Shown here piece by piece: positions 44,762-54,159 of a DNA stretch of 64,000 nt. This DNA is from an uncultured Thermoplasmata archaeon (lineage in GTDB: Archaea; Thermoplasmatota; Thermoplasmata; Lutacidiplasmatales; UBA184): positions 24,027-88,026 of the forward strand of contig CAWISZ010000001.1 of NCBI GenBank assembly GCA_963838955.1, read 5' to 3'. The first letter of the stretch is position 1; each line of letters starts with the position of its first letter. The position numbers and the translations under genes are program-made. Under the pieces are notes generated by a model. It saw only the letters and a list, made by a program, of their open reading frames with translations. It did no database searches and was not told where the DNA came from.

Positions 44762-45339
44762 ATGTCGCTGCTGCCGCTGGCCCCCGGCGCGCCCCGGGCG
44801 GAGTCGCCGGGCGTGAGCCCGCGACCCCCACCGTTCCCCCACGAACCTCGGCCCTTCCCCCTGGCCGCCACGCTCGATCGGACCGCGGACTTCGACGCCG
44901 TCTTCCGCGTCGTGCGGGGCGCGGTCCACTACGTGCTCGGTCAAGAGCGCCCCGGCCTCGGCCTCGCTCTTTCGAACCTACCCCCCGCCGTCGGCGCGTA
45001 CTGGCAGATCGCAGGGAACGTGATCGTGATGAACGAAGGGCTCCTCCGAGCGATGCGCGAGCACGCGACCTCGACCCGGGAGTTCAATTCCTTCGTGTAC
45101 GTAATCCTCGCCCACGAGTACCTGCACTCGATCGGCTACATCGACGAGCGATCGGTGCGCCAAGTGACGGCGCGGGTGACGCGCGCGGCCTTCGGACCGG
45201 ACCATCCGGCCACCCACATGGCCGAGGGGGACCTCTGGCAGATGTACCCCTTCCTCTGTACGCTGCCGGGGGGGACGGGAGCCGGATCCGAATCGTGCCC
45301 CGCTTCGATCTCGCGAGCACGCAGACCTACATCCGCTGA
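44762..45339 (+). CDS. Hypothetical zincin-like HExxH protein with an apparent frameshift at the G-run 45268-45274
   Basis: VGAYW..GNVIVMN, ILAHEYLHSIG..DE. One extra G gives the C-terminus DGSRIRIVPRFDLASTQTYIR*. TATA-like TATAT at 44731. Confidence 0.75.
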
Positions 45340-45411
45340 CGGTGCGGAGGCCCCGGGTCTGCCGTCAATCCTTATGGGCGGCTGACGGTTCGATACCCCG
45401 GAGTCGCAACC

Positions 45412-45909
45412 GTGGTGGACGACACGATCGGGATTATCCTCCTCGTCGCCGGGGTCATCCTGCTCGCGGCGGAGCTTATCCATCCGGGAGCCCTCCTGCT
45501 GATCCCGGCCTCGCTGCTCATAATGGCCGGGTTCCTTTGGATCTTCCTCCCCAATACCCTCCTCAATAGCGACCTCGGCGTGGTGCTGATCATCGTGGCC
45601 GCGGGAGCCGGTGCCCTGCTCGAGATCCCGTACTACCGGTGGGTGGCGCCCGTGCACGCCCCCATGTCGACCACGGTCGGTACGCTGGTCGGCCACGAAG
45701 GCGTCATTGTAGCCCCGGTGTACCCCGACAGCCTCCACGGTAAGGTCCAGATCGGGTCGGAGATCTGGTCCGCCCGGGCGAACATCCCGATCGCTCCCGG
45801 TACGCACGTGCGGGTGGTGGCGGGTTCCGGCGTCTCGGTCTCCGTCGAGCCCCTCCCCGAGGGTTCGGAGCCCCACGGGACCCCGAGCGACGCGGACCGA
45901 AACGGTTAG
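45412..45909 (+). CDS. Short NfeD-family membrane protein (OB-fold, no protease domain)
   Basis: N-terminal TMs, LVGHEGVIV, GKVQIGSEIWSAR, GTHVRVV. Confidence 0.88.
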   Translation: MVDDTIGIILLVAGVILLAAELIHPGALLLIPASLLIMAGFLWIFLPNTLLNSDLGVVLIIVAAGAGALLEIPYYRWVAPVHAPMSTTVGTLVGHEGVIVAPVYPDSLHGKVQIGSEIWSARANIPIAPGTHVRVVAGSGVSVSVEPLPEGSEPHGTPSDADRNG

Positions 45910-45945
45910 TACGGGCCGTTCGATGAGGCCGGGAGAACGGAAGGA

Positions 45946-47136
45946 GTGAACTCGATGGATTACACGGGCCTGATCGTTGTAGCCGTTGTCGCGCTGTTCA
46001 TCCTGTTGGTGCTTTTCGCGCGGATGATCTACACGATCCAGCCCTACCAACAGGGGATCGTCACCCTGCTCGGGTCGTACAAGCGCCTCATCAACCCCGG
46101 CTTTCACCTGATCAGCCCGCTCGCCACGGTCCTGAAGATCGATCTTCGAACCCAGGTCCTCGAGGTCCCGCGGCAGGAAGTCATCACGAAGGACAACTCC
46201 CCCACCAACGTGGACGCTATCATTTACATCAAAGTCGTGGATTCGCCTAAGGCGATCTTCCAGGTCCAGAACTATCACCTCGCCACCGTCGCGCTCGCCC
46301 AGACTACGCTGCGGTCCGTGATCGGCGACATGGAGCTCGACGAGATCCTGTACAACCGCGAGCGGATCAACACCCGGCTCCGCGACATCCTGGACGTGGC
46401 GACGGACCGATGGGGCGTCCGGGTCGAGGCGGTCGAGATCAAGGAGGTCGACCCGGTCGGCCCGGTCAAGACCGCGATGGAGGAGCAGACGTCCGCTGAG
46501 CGCCAGCGGCGTGCGGCCGTGCTGCGCGCCGACGGAGAGAAGCGCTCAGCGATCCTGGTCTCCGAGGGTCAGAAGCGCTCCCGTATCCTGCAGGCGGAAG
46601 GGGTCCGGCAATCCGCGATCCTCGAAGCGGAGGGCCAGCGGGTGGCCACGATCCTTCAGGCGCAGGGGGAGGCCCAGCGCCTACGCATCCTCGCGCTGGG
46701 TGCGACCGCCCTCGACGCGAAGGCCCTCACGGTGCTCTCGCTCGACACGGTCCAGAGAGTCGGCGACGGCCAGGCGACCAAGATCCTCTTCCCCTTCGAG
46801 TTCACCCGACTGATGGAAGGCGCCTCCGAGTACCTCGGCGCCGGCCGGCTGACACCGGACCGCCCGCTGAGCTCGATGGAGGACCTCGAAAAGCATATCG
46901 GAACGATGGACAACATCCTCGGACCGATCCCGCGGCAGGAGGAACTCCTGACCGAGATCCAGTCGATTGAGGACGAGATCAAGGCTGAATCCGCAGAGTC
47001 CACCCGGATGGTGGCACCGTTCGGGCACAGCGCGAAGACCCCGAGCCCGGATCTGCCGGGGGCCGACGATATCGCCCCGGTGCTTCCCCCGACCCCCCGC
47101 AGGAAGCCCCCATCGGATCCGATCGTCCCGCCGTAG
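45946..47136 (+). CDS. SPFH/stomatin-like (band 7) protein
   Basis: N-terminal TM, QEVITKDN, AQTTLRSVIG, WGVRVEAVEIK, AEG repeats. Start may be ATG 45955. Confidence 0.93.
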   Translation: MNSMDYTGLIVVAVVALFILLVLFARMIYTIQPYQQGIVTLLGSYKRLINPGFHLISPLATVLKIDLRTQVLEVPRQEVITKDNSPTNVDAIIYIKVVDSPKAIFQVQNYHLATVALAQTTLRSVIGDMELDEILYNRERINTRLRDILDVATDRWGVRVEAVEIKEVDPVGPVKTAMEEQTSAERQRRAAVLRADGEKRSAILVSEGQKRSRILQAEGVRQSAILEAEGQRVATILQAQGEAQRLRILALGATALDAKALTVLSLDTVQRVGDGQATKILFPFEFTRLMEGASEYLGAGRLTPDRPLSSMEDLEKHIGTMDNILGPIPRQEELLTEIQSIEDEIKAESAESTRMVAPFGHSAKTPSPDLPGADDIAPVLPPTPRRKPPSDPIVPP

Positions 47137-47195
47137 GGATTCCGATCCTCCCGATCGCTCTATATGTGCCGGCGCCCCGAAGGGACGGCACGACC

Positions 47196-47984
47196 ATGGA
47201 GACGATCCGATCCGACCGCATCGGGGCCGTACTCACGATCACGATCGACCGACCCGAGCGGCGCAATGCGCTCGACGTCGCGTCGATGACCGCGCTGCGC
47301 GAAGCGCTCCAGCACGCGAGCCTCGACAGCACCGCCCGGGTCGTGGTGCTCACCGGCGCGGGCGATTCGTTCTGTGCCGGGGGGGACGTGGCCGTCATGG
47401 AGGAGGCGCGGGCCGCGGGAACGCTCCCGAAGCTGTTCCACGAACTCACGGCCGAGATGGAGCACGCGATCCGGGAGATCGTGAGTATGCCGAAGCCCGT
47501 GCTCGCGTCGCTGCCGGGCGTGGCGGCGGGCGGCGGCCTCTCCCTCGCGCTCGCGGCCGATTGGCGCATCGCGAGCGAGACCGCGGTCCTCGTGCCCGCC
47601 TTTCCCCAACTCGGGGCGGTCCCCGATGGTGGGCTGACCTACTTCCTTCCCCACTACCTCGGGATCGGGCTTGCCCAGCAGATGCTGTTCACGAACGCGC
47701 GCGTCCCGGCCGCGCGCGCGCTCGAACTCGGTCTCATCCACGAGGTCCTCCCGGCGTCGGCTCTTGGGGATCGCTGCGCGAAGCGCGCCGACGAACTGGC
47801 GCGTGGACCGACGTTCGCATACGGATGGACGAAGCGCTTGCTGCAATCGGCGTTCACCGAACGCATCGAAGGGCAGATGGCACTCGAACGCCGCGGTGCG
47901 GTCGAGGCGGCCCGCGGGCCGGAACTCGCCGAAGGGATCCGCGCGTTCCGGGAGAAACGTCCCCCGAAGTTCCCTTCGCCGTAG
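47196..47984 (+). CDS. Enoyl-CoA hydratase/isomerase (PaaG-like)
   Basis: RPERRNAL, FCAGGD, AAGGGLSLALAAD, LGAVPDGG, AFREKRPPKF. Confidence 0.88.
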   Translation: METIRSDRIGAVLTITIDRPERRNALDVASMTALREALQHASLDSTARVVVLTGAGDSFCAGGDVAVMEEARAAGTLPKLFHELTAEMEHAIREIVSMPKPVLASLPGVAAGGGLSLALAADWRIASETAVLVPAFPQLGAVPDGGLTYFLPHYLGIGLAQQMLFTNARVPAARALELGLIHEVLPASALGDRCAKRADELARGPTFAYGWTKRLLQSAFTERIEGQMALERRGAVEAARGPELAEGIRAFREKRPPKFPSP

Positions 47985-48005
47985 CGTCCCCCGCGCTGCC
48001 CAGCC

Positions 48006-48623
48006 TCAGCCGGGAGGGGGCCACGGACGGGCGAGCTTCTCTTCCAGGCTCCGGCGCACCGTGGGCCAGTCGGACTCGAGGATGCTGTAGAGCACGGAGG
48101 AGCGCCATGCTCCGTCCGGCATGGGGACGTCCTCGCGCATCACCCCCTCCCGAACCGCTCCCAACCGTTCGATCGCCCGCTGCGAGCGGACGTTCCGCGA
48201 ATCGGTCTGGAGTTGCACCCGGTGGACCTGCTCGACATCGAACGCGTGGCGGAGCAGTAGGTACTTCGCCTCGGTGTTCAGGGGCGTCCGCCAGTACGCG
48301 GGATCGTACCAGGTTCCTCCGATCTCGACCCCCCGACTCTCCCGGTCGATCCGAAGGAATCGGGTCATCCCGACCGGCGCGTGGGATGGCAGTCGCCGGA
48401 CCGTGAAGCAGAGATCCGTCCCCGCCCGCTGGCGGTCCAGCTGGATCGCGATCTGGGCGCTCATCTCGGGGAAGGTCGTCGCGGGGCCCGCACGGATGTA
48501 CGTCCAGATCTTCGGATCTCGCCCCGCATCCGCGAGCGCCGCCGCGTGGGCGGCCTCGAGCGGAACGAGCTCGAGGTGCTTTCCGACGAGCACGACCGGC
48601 GGGCGGAACTCCGGTTTCCGCAT
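48006..48623 (-). CDS. RimJ/RimL-type GNAT acetyltransferase
   Basis: VEIGGTW, NTEAKYLLLRHAF, RVQLQTD.RN.RSQRAIERLGA.REG. Confidence 0.9.
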   Translation of the reverse strand: MRKPEFRPPVVLVGKHLELVPLEAAHAAALADAGRDPKIWTYIRAGPATTFPEMSAQIAIQLDRQRAGTDLCFTVRRLPSHAPVGMTRFLRIDRESRGVEIGGTWYDPAYWRTPLNTEAKYLLLRHAFDVEQVHRVQLQTDSRNVRSQRAIERLGAVREGVMREDVPMPDGAWRSSVLYSILESDWPTVRRSLEEKLARPWPPPG

Positions 48624-48719
48624 ACGAGCGCCGTCAGGAGGCCCGGAAGATAACGGGGTCGCGTCCCCGTCGGTCCCTCGATAGGAAATCGACCCTCGGG
48701 CCCGAGGCCGGGTCAGGCC

Positions 48720-48768
48720 TTAAATAACGACATGAGGTCCAACGGAACAGAGGCCGACCGGAAGGAGG
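48720..48768 (+). promoter_or_regulatory. Putative TATA box and SD of the complex I operon
   Basis: TTAAATAA at 48720-48727; GGAGG at 48764-48768, before ATG 48778. Confidence 0.5.
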
Positions 48769-48777
48769 GCACCACCG

Positions 48778-49143
48778 ATGGACGCAGGACTGGACACATT
48801 CCTCGTCTTCGCCGGTATCGCCGCGGCTTTCGGCGTTGGCTCGATCTTCGCGAACCGCATGCTCGGCGCGAAGCGTCGCCGTTCCTACCTCCAGCTGACG
48901 ACGTATGAATGCGGCGAGGAGGCCGAAGGCGAAGCGCAGATCGACTTCCCCACGCAGCACTACGCCTTCGCGATCGTGTTCGTCGCGGTCGATGTGATCG
49001 GCTTCGTTCTCGCGCTGTGGGCGCTGACGTTCCGGGGCGTCAACTCCTCCTGGTATCCCATGTTCATCGCCTTCGGCTTCGCGATCCTGGCGATCATCGG
49101 TATCTATTACGCGCTCAGCGGCGAGCGCCGGTGGGTTGTATGA
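48778..49143 (+). CDS. nuoA: Complex I-like oxidoreductase subunit A
   Basis: Three TMs, TYECGE; first gene of the operon. Confidence 0.9.
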   Translation: MDAGLDTFLVFAGIAAAFGVGSIFANRMLGAKRRRSYLQLTTYECGEEAEGEAQIDFPTQHYAFAIVFVAVDVIGFVLALWALTFRGVNSSWYPMFIAFGFAILAIIGIYYALSGERRWVV

Positions 49144-49757
49144 GCACCGCTCCCGAGAACGCCCCTCGACCGGTCGTTCGGGCCACGAGCCCGCCGTCGC
49201 CGCTCCTTCCCATGGCGGAGGCCACGCCCGCGGTACCCTTCCTGGAAATCGAAGCGCTCCGGGCGCAGCAGTTCATCCCGGCCGCGAAGGAAGCGCTCGG
49301 TGCCATGATCGCGGAGCAAGGTCGGGATAAGATGACCCGCCCCATCTTCAACTGGGCCGGACGGAACTCGCTCTTCCCGCTCCACTGGGGCCTCGCTTGC
49401 TGCGCGATCGAGTTCGCGGCGGCGTTCGGTGCCCGCTGGGATGCCGAGCGCTTTGGGGTCGTGCCTCGGTCGTCTCCGCGCCAGTGCGATCTCATGATCG
49501 TCAACGGGACCGTGACCTGGAAGGTCGCGCACAAGCTCGTCACGCTCTACGAGCAGATGCCCGAGCCGAAGTGGGTCATCGCGATGGGCAACTGCGCCAC
49601 CGGCGGTGGCCCGTTCCGGACGGCGTACTCGGTGGTCCCCGGGGTCGACAAGCTCGTCCCCGTCGACCTCTACATCGCCGGGTGCCCGCCGCGGCCCGAG
49701 GCGATGCTCGACGGGATCTTGAAACTCGAACAGCTCATTCGGGAGCGGAAGGAGTAG
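49140..49757 (+). CDS. nuoB: Complex I-like subunit B
   Basis: [40 protein letters not shown] overlap with nuoA. Confidence 0.95.
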   Translation: MSTAPENAPRPVVRATSPPSPLLPMAEATPAVPFLEIEALRAQQFIPAAKEALGAMIAEQGRDKMTRPIFNWAGRNSLFPLHWGLACCAIEFAAAFGARWDAERFGVVPRSSPRQCDLMIVNGTVTWKVAHKLVTLYEQMPEPKWVIAMGNCATGGGPFRTAYSVVPGVDKLVPVDLYIAGCPPRPEAMLDGILKLEQLIRERKE

Positions 49758-49792
49758 TCCCGCGGGGACGCCTCGAGCACCGCAGGGGAGGG

Positions 49793-50269
49793 ATGGCAGC
49801 GGAGGAGTGGGCCCAGGAACTCGCTCGCCACCTCGGCGACCGGATGATCTCGCTCGCGCCGTTCACCCGGACGCTCGGCCGGGTGAAGTTCCGCCCCGAG
49901 GCGGCGCTCGACGTCTTCCGCGCGGTCCACGACGACCTCGGTTTCGACCACCTGTCGATGGTCGGCGGAATCGATTGGATCGACCACCGCGAGGTCTTCT
50001 ACACCGTCTGGTCCGATCGCCGCGGCGCCTACCTGTTCCTCACGGCCGACGTCACCGGGGACGCTCCGCACATCGAGACCGCGAGCGCGGTGTGGCCGGG
50101 CGCGAACTGGCACGAACGAGAGACCTGGGAGCTCGTCGGCATCCAGTTCGACCACCACCCGGACCTTCGCCACCTGTTGACGCCGGATGGGTACACGTTC
50201 AACCCGCTGCTCCGCTCCTTCAAGCTCCACGAGCCGGAGGAACTGGAGGTGAAGACGCGCCATGTCTGA
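49793..50269 (+). CDS. nuoC: Complex I-like subunit C
   Basis: FDHLS..GGID, ANWHERETWELVGIQF..HPDLR. Confidence 0.92.
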   Translation: MAAEEWAQELARHLGDRMISLAPFTRTLGRVKFRPEAALDVFRAVHDDLGFDHLSMVGGIDWIDHREVFYTVWSDRRGAYLFLTADVTGDAPHIETASAVWPGANWHERETWELVGIQFDHHPDLRHLLTPDGYTFNPLLRSFKLHEPEELEVKTRHV

Positions 50270-51407
50270 GATGTGGATCAACATGGGGCCGCAGCACCCC
50301 ATGACCCACGGCCTGTGGAATCTCCGCGTGAAGATCGATGGAGAGCAGGTACTCGACGTGGATCCCGAGATGGGGTACCTGCACCGGGGGATCGAAAAGA
50401 TCAGCGAGGATCGGCACTACAACGAAGTGATCACGCTGATGGATCGCTGCTGCTACGTCGCGGGAATGTCCTGGGAACACCTGTACGTCCTCGCCGCAGA
50501 GCAGGCCCTCCACGTGGATCCGCCGGAGCGGGCGGAGTACATCCGGGTGATGAGCGACGAGTTCCAGCGGATCGGATCCCACATCATGTGGTACGCGGCC
50601 TTCGTCCAGGACATCGGCCTGATGACACCGTTCCTGTACGGCATGCGCGACCGGGACCTCGTCTGTGACCTGTTCCAAAGCTACACCGGCGCCCGGATGA
50701 CGTACGAGTACATGCGAGTGGGCGGGGTTCGCAACGATCTGCCTCCGGGGTTCATCGGCGAGTCGCGGAAGGTCTGCGACTGGCTCGTCGACCGCTTCGT
50801 CGAGTACGACCAGCTCTGCCTCAACTCCGACATCTTCCACAAGCGCTGCGATGGTCTCGGCCTCATGAACGCCCGGGCTTGCATTGACTACGGGATCACC
50901 GGCCCGATGCTCCGATCCGCGGGGGTCCGCCGCGACCTGAGGAAGGACCGGCCGTACTCGGCGTACGACCGGCTCGAGTTCGACGTCGCGCGCGCGGAAG
51001 CGGGGGACGTCACCGCGCGCTACCTCGTTCGGATGGAAGAGATGCGCCAGTCGATCCGGATCATCCGCCAGACGCTCGATTGGCTCGAGCGCCACCCCGG
51101 GCCGGTGCTGGCCCAAGAGCTCCCTCGCTGGCTCGGAGCTCCGTACGCTCCCATGGGCCGGGAGGGCTACCTGCTCAAGCGCAACTATCCGAAAGGTCTG
51201 GGCTTCTCGGCGGTCGAAGAGCCGCACGGCGAGGCGCTCGCCTACGTCGTGAACGAGGGCTCCGAGCACCCGTACCGGGTGAAGTTCCGCTCTCCGGTGT
51301 TCGCCAACGTGAGCGCGGCCCGGCAGTACTTGGTCGGCTACCGGGTCGCCGACATCCCCCCGATCATGGGCAGCGTCGACGTCTGCGTCGGGGAAGTAGA
51401 CCGGTAG
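50262..51407 (+). CDS. nuoD: Complex I-like subunit D
   Basis: NMGPQHPMTHG, GYLHRGIEK, ITGPMLR, EEPHGE, GEVDR. Confidence 0.95.
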   Translation: MSEMWINMGPQHPMTHGLWNLRVKIDGEQVLDVDPEMGYLHRGIEKISEDRHYNEVITLMDRCCYVAGMSWEHLYVLAAEQALHVDPPERAEYIRVMSDEFQRIGSHIMWYAAFVQDIGLMTPFLYGMRDRDLVCDLFQSYTGARMTYEYMRVGGVRNDLPPGFIGESRKVCDWLVDRFVEYDQLCLNSDIFHKRCDGLGLMNARACIDYGITGPMLRSAGVRRDLRKDRPYSAYDRLEFDVARAEAGDVTARYLVRMEEMRQSIRIIRQTLDWLERHPGPVLAQELPRWLGAPYAPMGREGYLLKRNYPKGLGFSAVEEPHGEALAYVVNEGSEHPYRVKFRSPVFANVSAARQYLVGYRVADIPPIMGSVDVCVGEVDR

Positions 51408-51422
51408 GGGAGCCCACGAACG

Positions 51423-52550
51423 ATGACCACCTCTCTGCTCTCGATCTCGACCGATATCTCCTCGGTCATCCTCAACGGAGTGGGGTCCATCTTTCCCGCC
51501 CCGATCCAGGGCTGGCTGACGAACGGGAACACGATCACCGCGCTCGGGGTCCTGATCTTTGGGATCATCCTGCTCGCCGCGAGCATGCTCAATACGATCT
51601 TCATCATCTGGTGGGAGCGCAAGCTGCTCGGACGGTTCATGGACCGGCGCGGCGCGATGCACGTCGGCTACGCCGGACTCCTGCAGAACTTCGCGGACGG
51701 GTTCAAGCTGTTCCGCAAGGACACGGTCCGGCCCCGCGACGCAGATTCGGTGGTGTTCTTCATGGGCCCGACCGCCTACCTCGTGACGAGCCTGGTCATC
51801 TTCGCCATCCTCCCGGTGTCCACGGGATGGAACTCGGGCGACCTGCCCCTGAGCCTCCTGCTCGCGATCACGATCTTCTCCTTCGCGCCGCTCATCATCT
51901 TCATCAGCGCCTGGTCGAGCAACAACAAGTACTCGCTGATCGGCGGGATGCGCTCCGCCGCGCAGATGATCGCCTACGAGGTCCCGATCCTCCTGGCGAT
52001 CGTGGCGGTGATCATCGTCTCGGGCACCTTCAGCCTCGACACGATCGTCGCCGAGCAGCAGAACTACTGGTACTGGGGGCCGCTCTTCCTCGCGATGGTC
52101 GTGTTCGTCGCGGGGATGCTCGCCGAGATGGAACGGATCCCGTTCGATCTCCCCGAGGCCGAGGCGGAACTGGTCGAAGGCTGGAACACCGAGTACGGCG
52201 GGATGTTATTCGCGTACTTCATGCTCACCGACTACGTTCGAGTCCTCCTCGGCTGCTTCCTGATCGTCCTCCTCTTCCTCGGCGGGTGGACGATGCCGAG
52301 CTGGGTGCCGAGCGCCTGGACGAGCTTCCCACTCGCGGGGATCTTCTGGTTCATGCTCAAGGTCTACGCGGTGTTTACCGTCTTCGTCTGGATCCGGGCC
52401 TCGCTCCCGCGCGTGCGCACCGACCAACTCCTCCGTGTCGGCTGGAACCGGATGATCCCGCTCAGCCTCGTCTCGATCGTGCTCGCGGCGGGACTGGTCC
52501 TCGCCAAGTGCATCCCGGTATTCGGGTGCCTCCCGAACCTGGGGGGATGA
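51423..52550 (+). CDS. nuoH: Complex I-like subunit H
   Basis: ERKLLGR, GLLQNFADGFKL, AQMIAYE, RIPFDLPEAEAELVEG, PRVRTDQ. Confidence 0.95.
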   Translation: MTTSLLSISTDISSVILNGVGSIFPAPIQGWLTNGNTITALGVLIFGIILLAASMLNTIFIIWWERKLLGRFMDRRGAMHVGYAGLLQNFADGFKLFRKDTVRPRDADSVVFFMGPTAYLVTSLVIFAILPVSTGWNSGDLPLSLLLAITIFSFAPLIIFISAWSSNNKYSLIGGMRSAAQMIAYEVPILLAIVAVIIVSGTFSLDTIVAEQQNYWYWGPLFLAMVVFVAGMLAEMERIPFDLPEAEAELVEGWNTEYGGMLFAYFMLTDYVRVLLGCFLIVLLFLGGWTMPSWVPSAWTSFPLAGIFWFMLKVYAVFTVFVWIRASLPRVRTDQLLRVGWNRMIPLSLVSIVLAAGLVLAKCIPVFGCLPNLGG

Positions 52551-52564
52551 GAGGGTAACGATCC

Positions 52565-53344
52565 ATGGCAGGTGCGGAGACGGAGGAGAAGTCGAAGCCG
52601 AGCCGGTCGATCCTGTGGGTCGCCCGACCGATGTTCACCGCGGCCCGGCAGTTCGGCCGCAGCCTCCTGCGCCCCAGCACGATCGTCTACCCGTTCGAGC
52701 GGCTCGAGGACCCCAAGTTCCGCGACCGCGTCGGGGTCGGCTCCGGTATGCCGATCGGGGTCGGTCACATCTGGGACAACTATCGAGGCGTGCACGCCCT
52801 GAACATCGCCACCTGCATCAGCTGCAACTTGTGCGCGTTCAGCTGCCCCGATCTGTGCATCGACATGGTCACGGTCCCCGGCGGGGACCCGAAGCACCCG
52901 AAGAAGAGCCCCCAGATCGACTACGGGAAGTGCAGCTACTGCGGCTTCTGCTCGGACGCCTGCCCGGAGGGCTGCCTCACGATGACCACGCGCTACGAGC
53001 TATCGGTCACCAAGCGCGCGGAGATGATCTTCTCCCCTCAGAAGCTCCAGGAGATCTTCGAGCGGAAGCTTCCGATGAACCCGGTCCGGGTCGAACGGCC
53101 GGCGAACGAGGACGCGATCCTGCTCGAACCGCCGCTCTGTATCGGATGCAACGCCTGCGCGCGGGACTGCCCCACCGACTGCATCACGATGCTCGACATC
53201 CCGAAGGTCGAGGCGAAACCCGGGGAAAAGGTCGCGAAACGGATCTGGAAGGAGCCGGTCATCAACGATTCCGACTGCGTGCGGTGCGGCACCTGCATCA
53301 GCGTCTGCCCGAAGGAATGTCTGTTCTGGGGGACTCGCACGTGA
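52565..53344 (+). CDS. nuoI: Complex I-like subunit I, extended to four [4Fe-4S] motifs
   Basis: TIVYPFE, CISCNLCAFSCP, CSYCGFCSDACP, plus extra CIGCNACARDCP and CVRCGTCISVCP. Confidence 0.92.
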   Translation: MAGAETEEKSKPSRSILWVARPMFTAARQFGRSLLRPSTIVYPFERLEDPKFRDRVGVGSGMPIGVGHIWDNYRGVHALNIATCISCNLCAFSCPDLCIDMVTVPGGDPKHPKKSPQIDYGKCSYCGFCSDACPEGCLTMTTRYELSVTKRAEMIFSPQKLQEIFERKLPMNPVRVERPANEDAILLEPPLCIGCNACARDCPTDCITMLDIPKVEAKPGEKVAKRIWKEPVINDSDCVRCGTCISVCPKECLFWGTRT

Positions 53345-53829
53345 GCCTCGAGGAACTGGCGTTCCTCGCCCTCGCCCTGATCGCGATCGTCACGGGCATA
53401 CTGGCCCTGCTCGTGCGCGAGCTGATCCACACCATCGTCTGGATCGGGGCGTTCTTCGTCGACCTCGCCGCTCTCTACTTCCTCCTTCTCGCCCCCTTCC
53501 TGGGCGTCCTCCAGCTCGGTGTGTACGCGGGGGCCGTGACGATCCTGCTCCTGTTCGGTATCATGGTCACGCGCAAGCGGATCTTCTCCCGGGACGCCGC
53601 GACGGGGATCACGGCGGTGCCGGTCGCGCTCGCGGTCGTCACGTTCATCTTCCTCCTGATCGCCTTACCGGAATTCCCTCAAGGAGAGCTCACCGTCCGC
53701 TCCTACGATCCGTCCCTTCTCTCGCAGAACCTCTTCGGCCCCGGAGGTCCGTGGCTCCTCCTCCTCGGTCTCGTGATGCTCAGCGCGCTCATCGGCGCGA
53801 TCTACCTCGTGCGGGAGGGGCGAGAATAG
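53341..53829 (+). CDS. nuoJ: Complex I-like subunit J
   Basis: APFLGVLQLGVYAGAVTILLLF. GTGA overlap with nuoI. Confidence 0.9.
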   Translation: MSLEELAFLALALIAIVTGILALLVRELIHTIVWIGAFFVDLAALYFLLLAPFLGVLQLGVYAGAVTILLLFGIMVTRKRIFSRDAATGITAVPVALAVVTFIFLLIALPEFPQGELTVRSYDPSLLSQNLFGPGGPWLLLLGLVMLSALIGAIYLVREGRE

Positions 53830-54147
53830 ATGACGACGCTCGCCATCACCGGGTTCCTCGCGCTGTCGTTCGCACTGTTCGCGATCGCGATCTTCGGAAT
53901 CCTCACACGTCGGAACTTCATCTTGCTCCTGGTCTCGCTCGAGATCGGGATGAACGCGGCGATCCTGAACTTCGTCTACTTCGCGGCCTTCACCGGAGCG
54001 ACGGCAGGGCTCTCGGGCCAGTCGATCGCGGTGGTGCTGATCGGCTTTGCCGCGACCGAGATCGCGGTGGGGCTCGCGATCGTCCTCGCGCTGAACCGTT
54101 CGAAGGGATCGATCAACGTCGCCGACTCGACCACGCTGAGGGACTGA
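53830..54147 (+). CDS. nuoK: Complex I-like subunit K
   Basis: GILTRRN, LEIGMNAA, AATEIAVGLAI. Confidence 0.93.
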   Translation: MTTLAITGFLALSFALFAIAIFGILTRRNFILLLVSLEIGMNAAILNFVYFAAFTGATAGLSGQSIAVVLIGFAATEIAVGLAIVLALNRSKGSINVADSTTLRD

Positions 54148-54159
54148 GGAGGATTCTCC

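Noticed and set aside
49140-51407. Possible group 4 [NiFe]-hydrogenase
   Set aside because: The large subunit lacks complete CxxC pairs, the small subunit has the CC tandem of NuoB, and no maturation genes are present.
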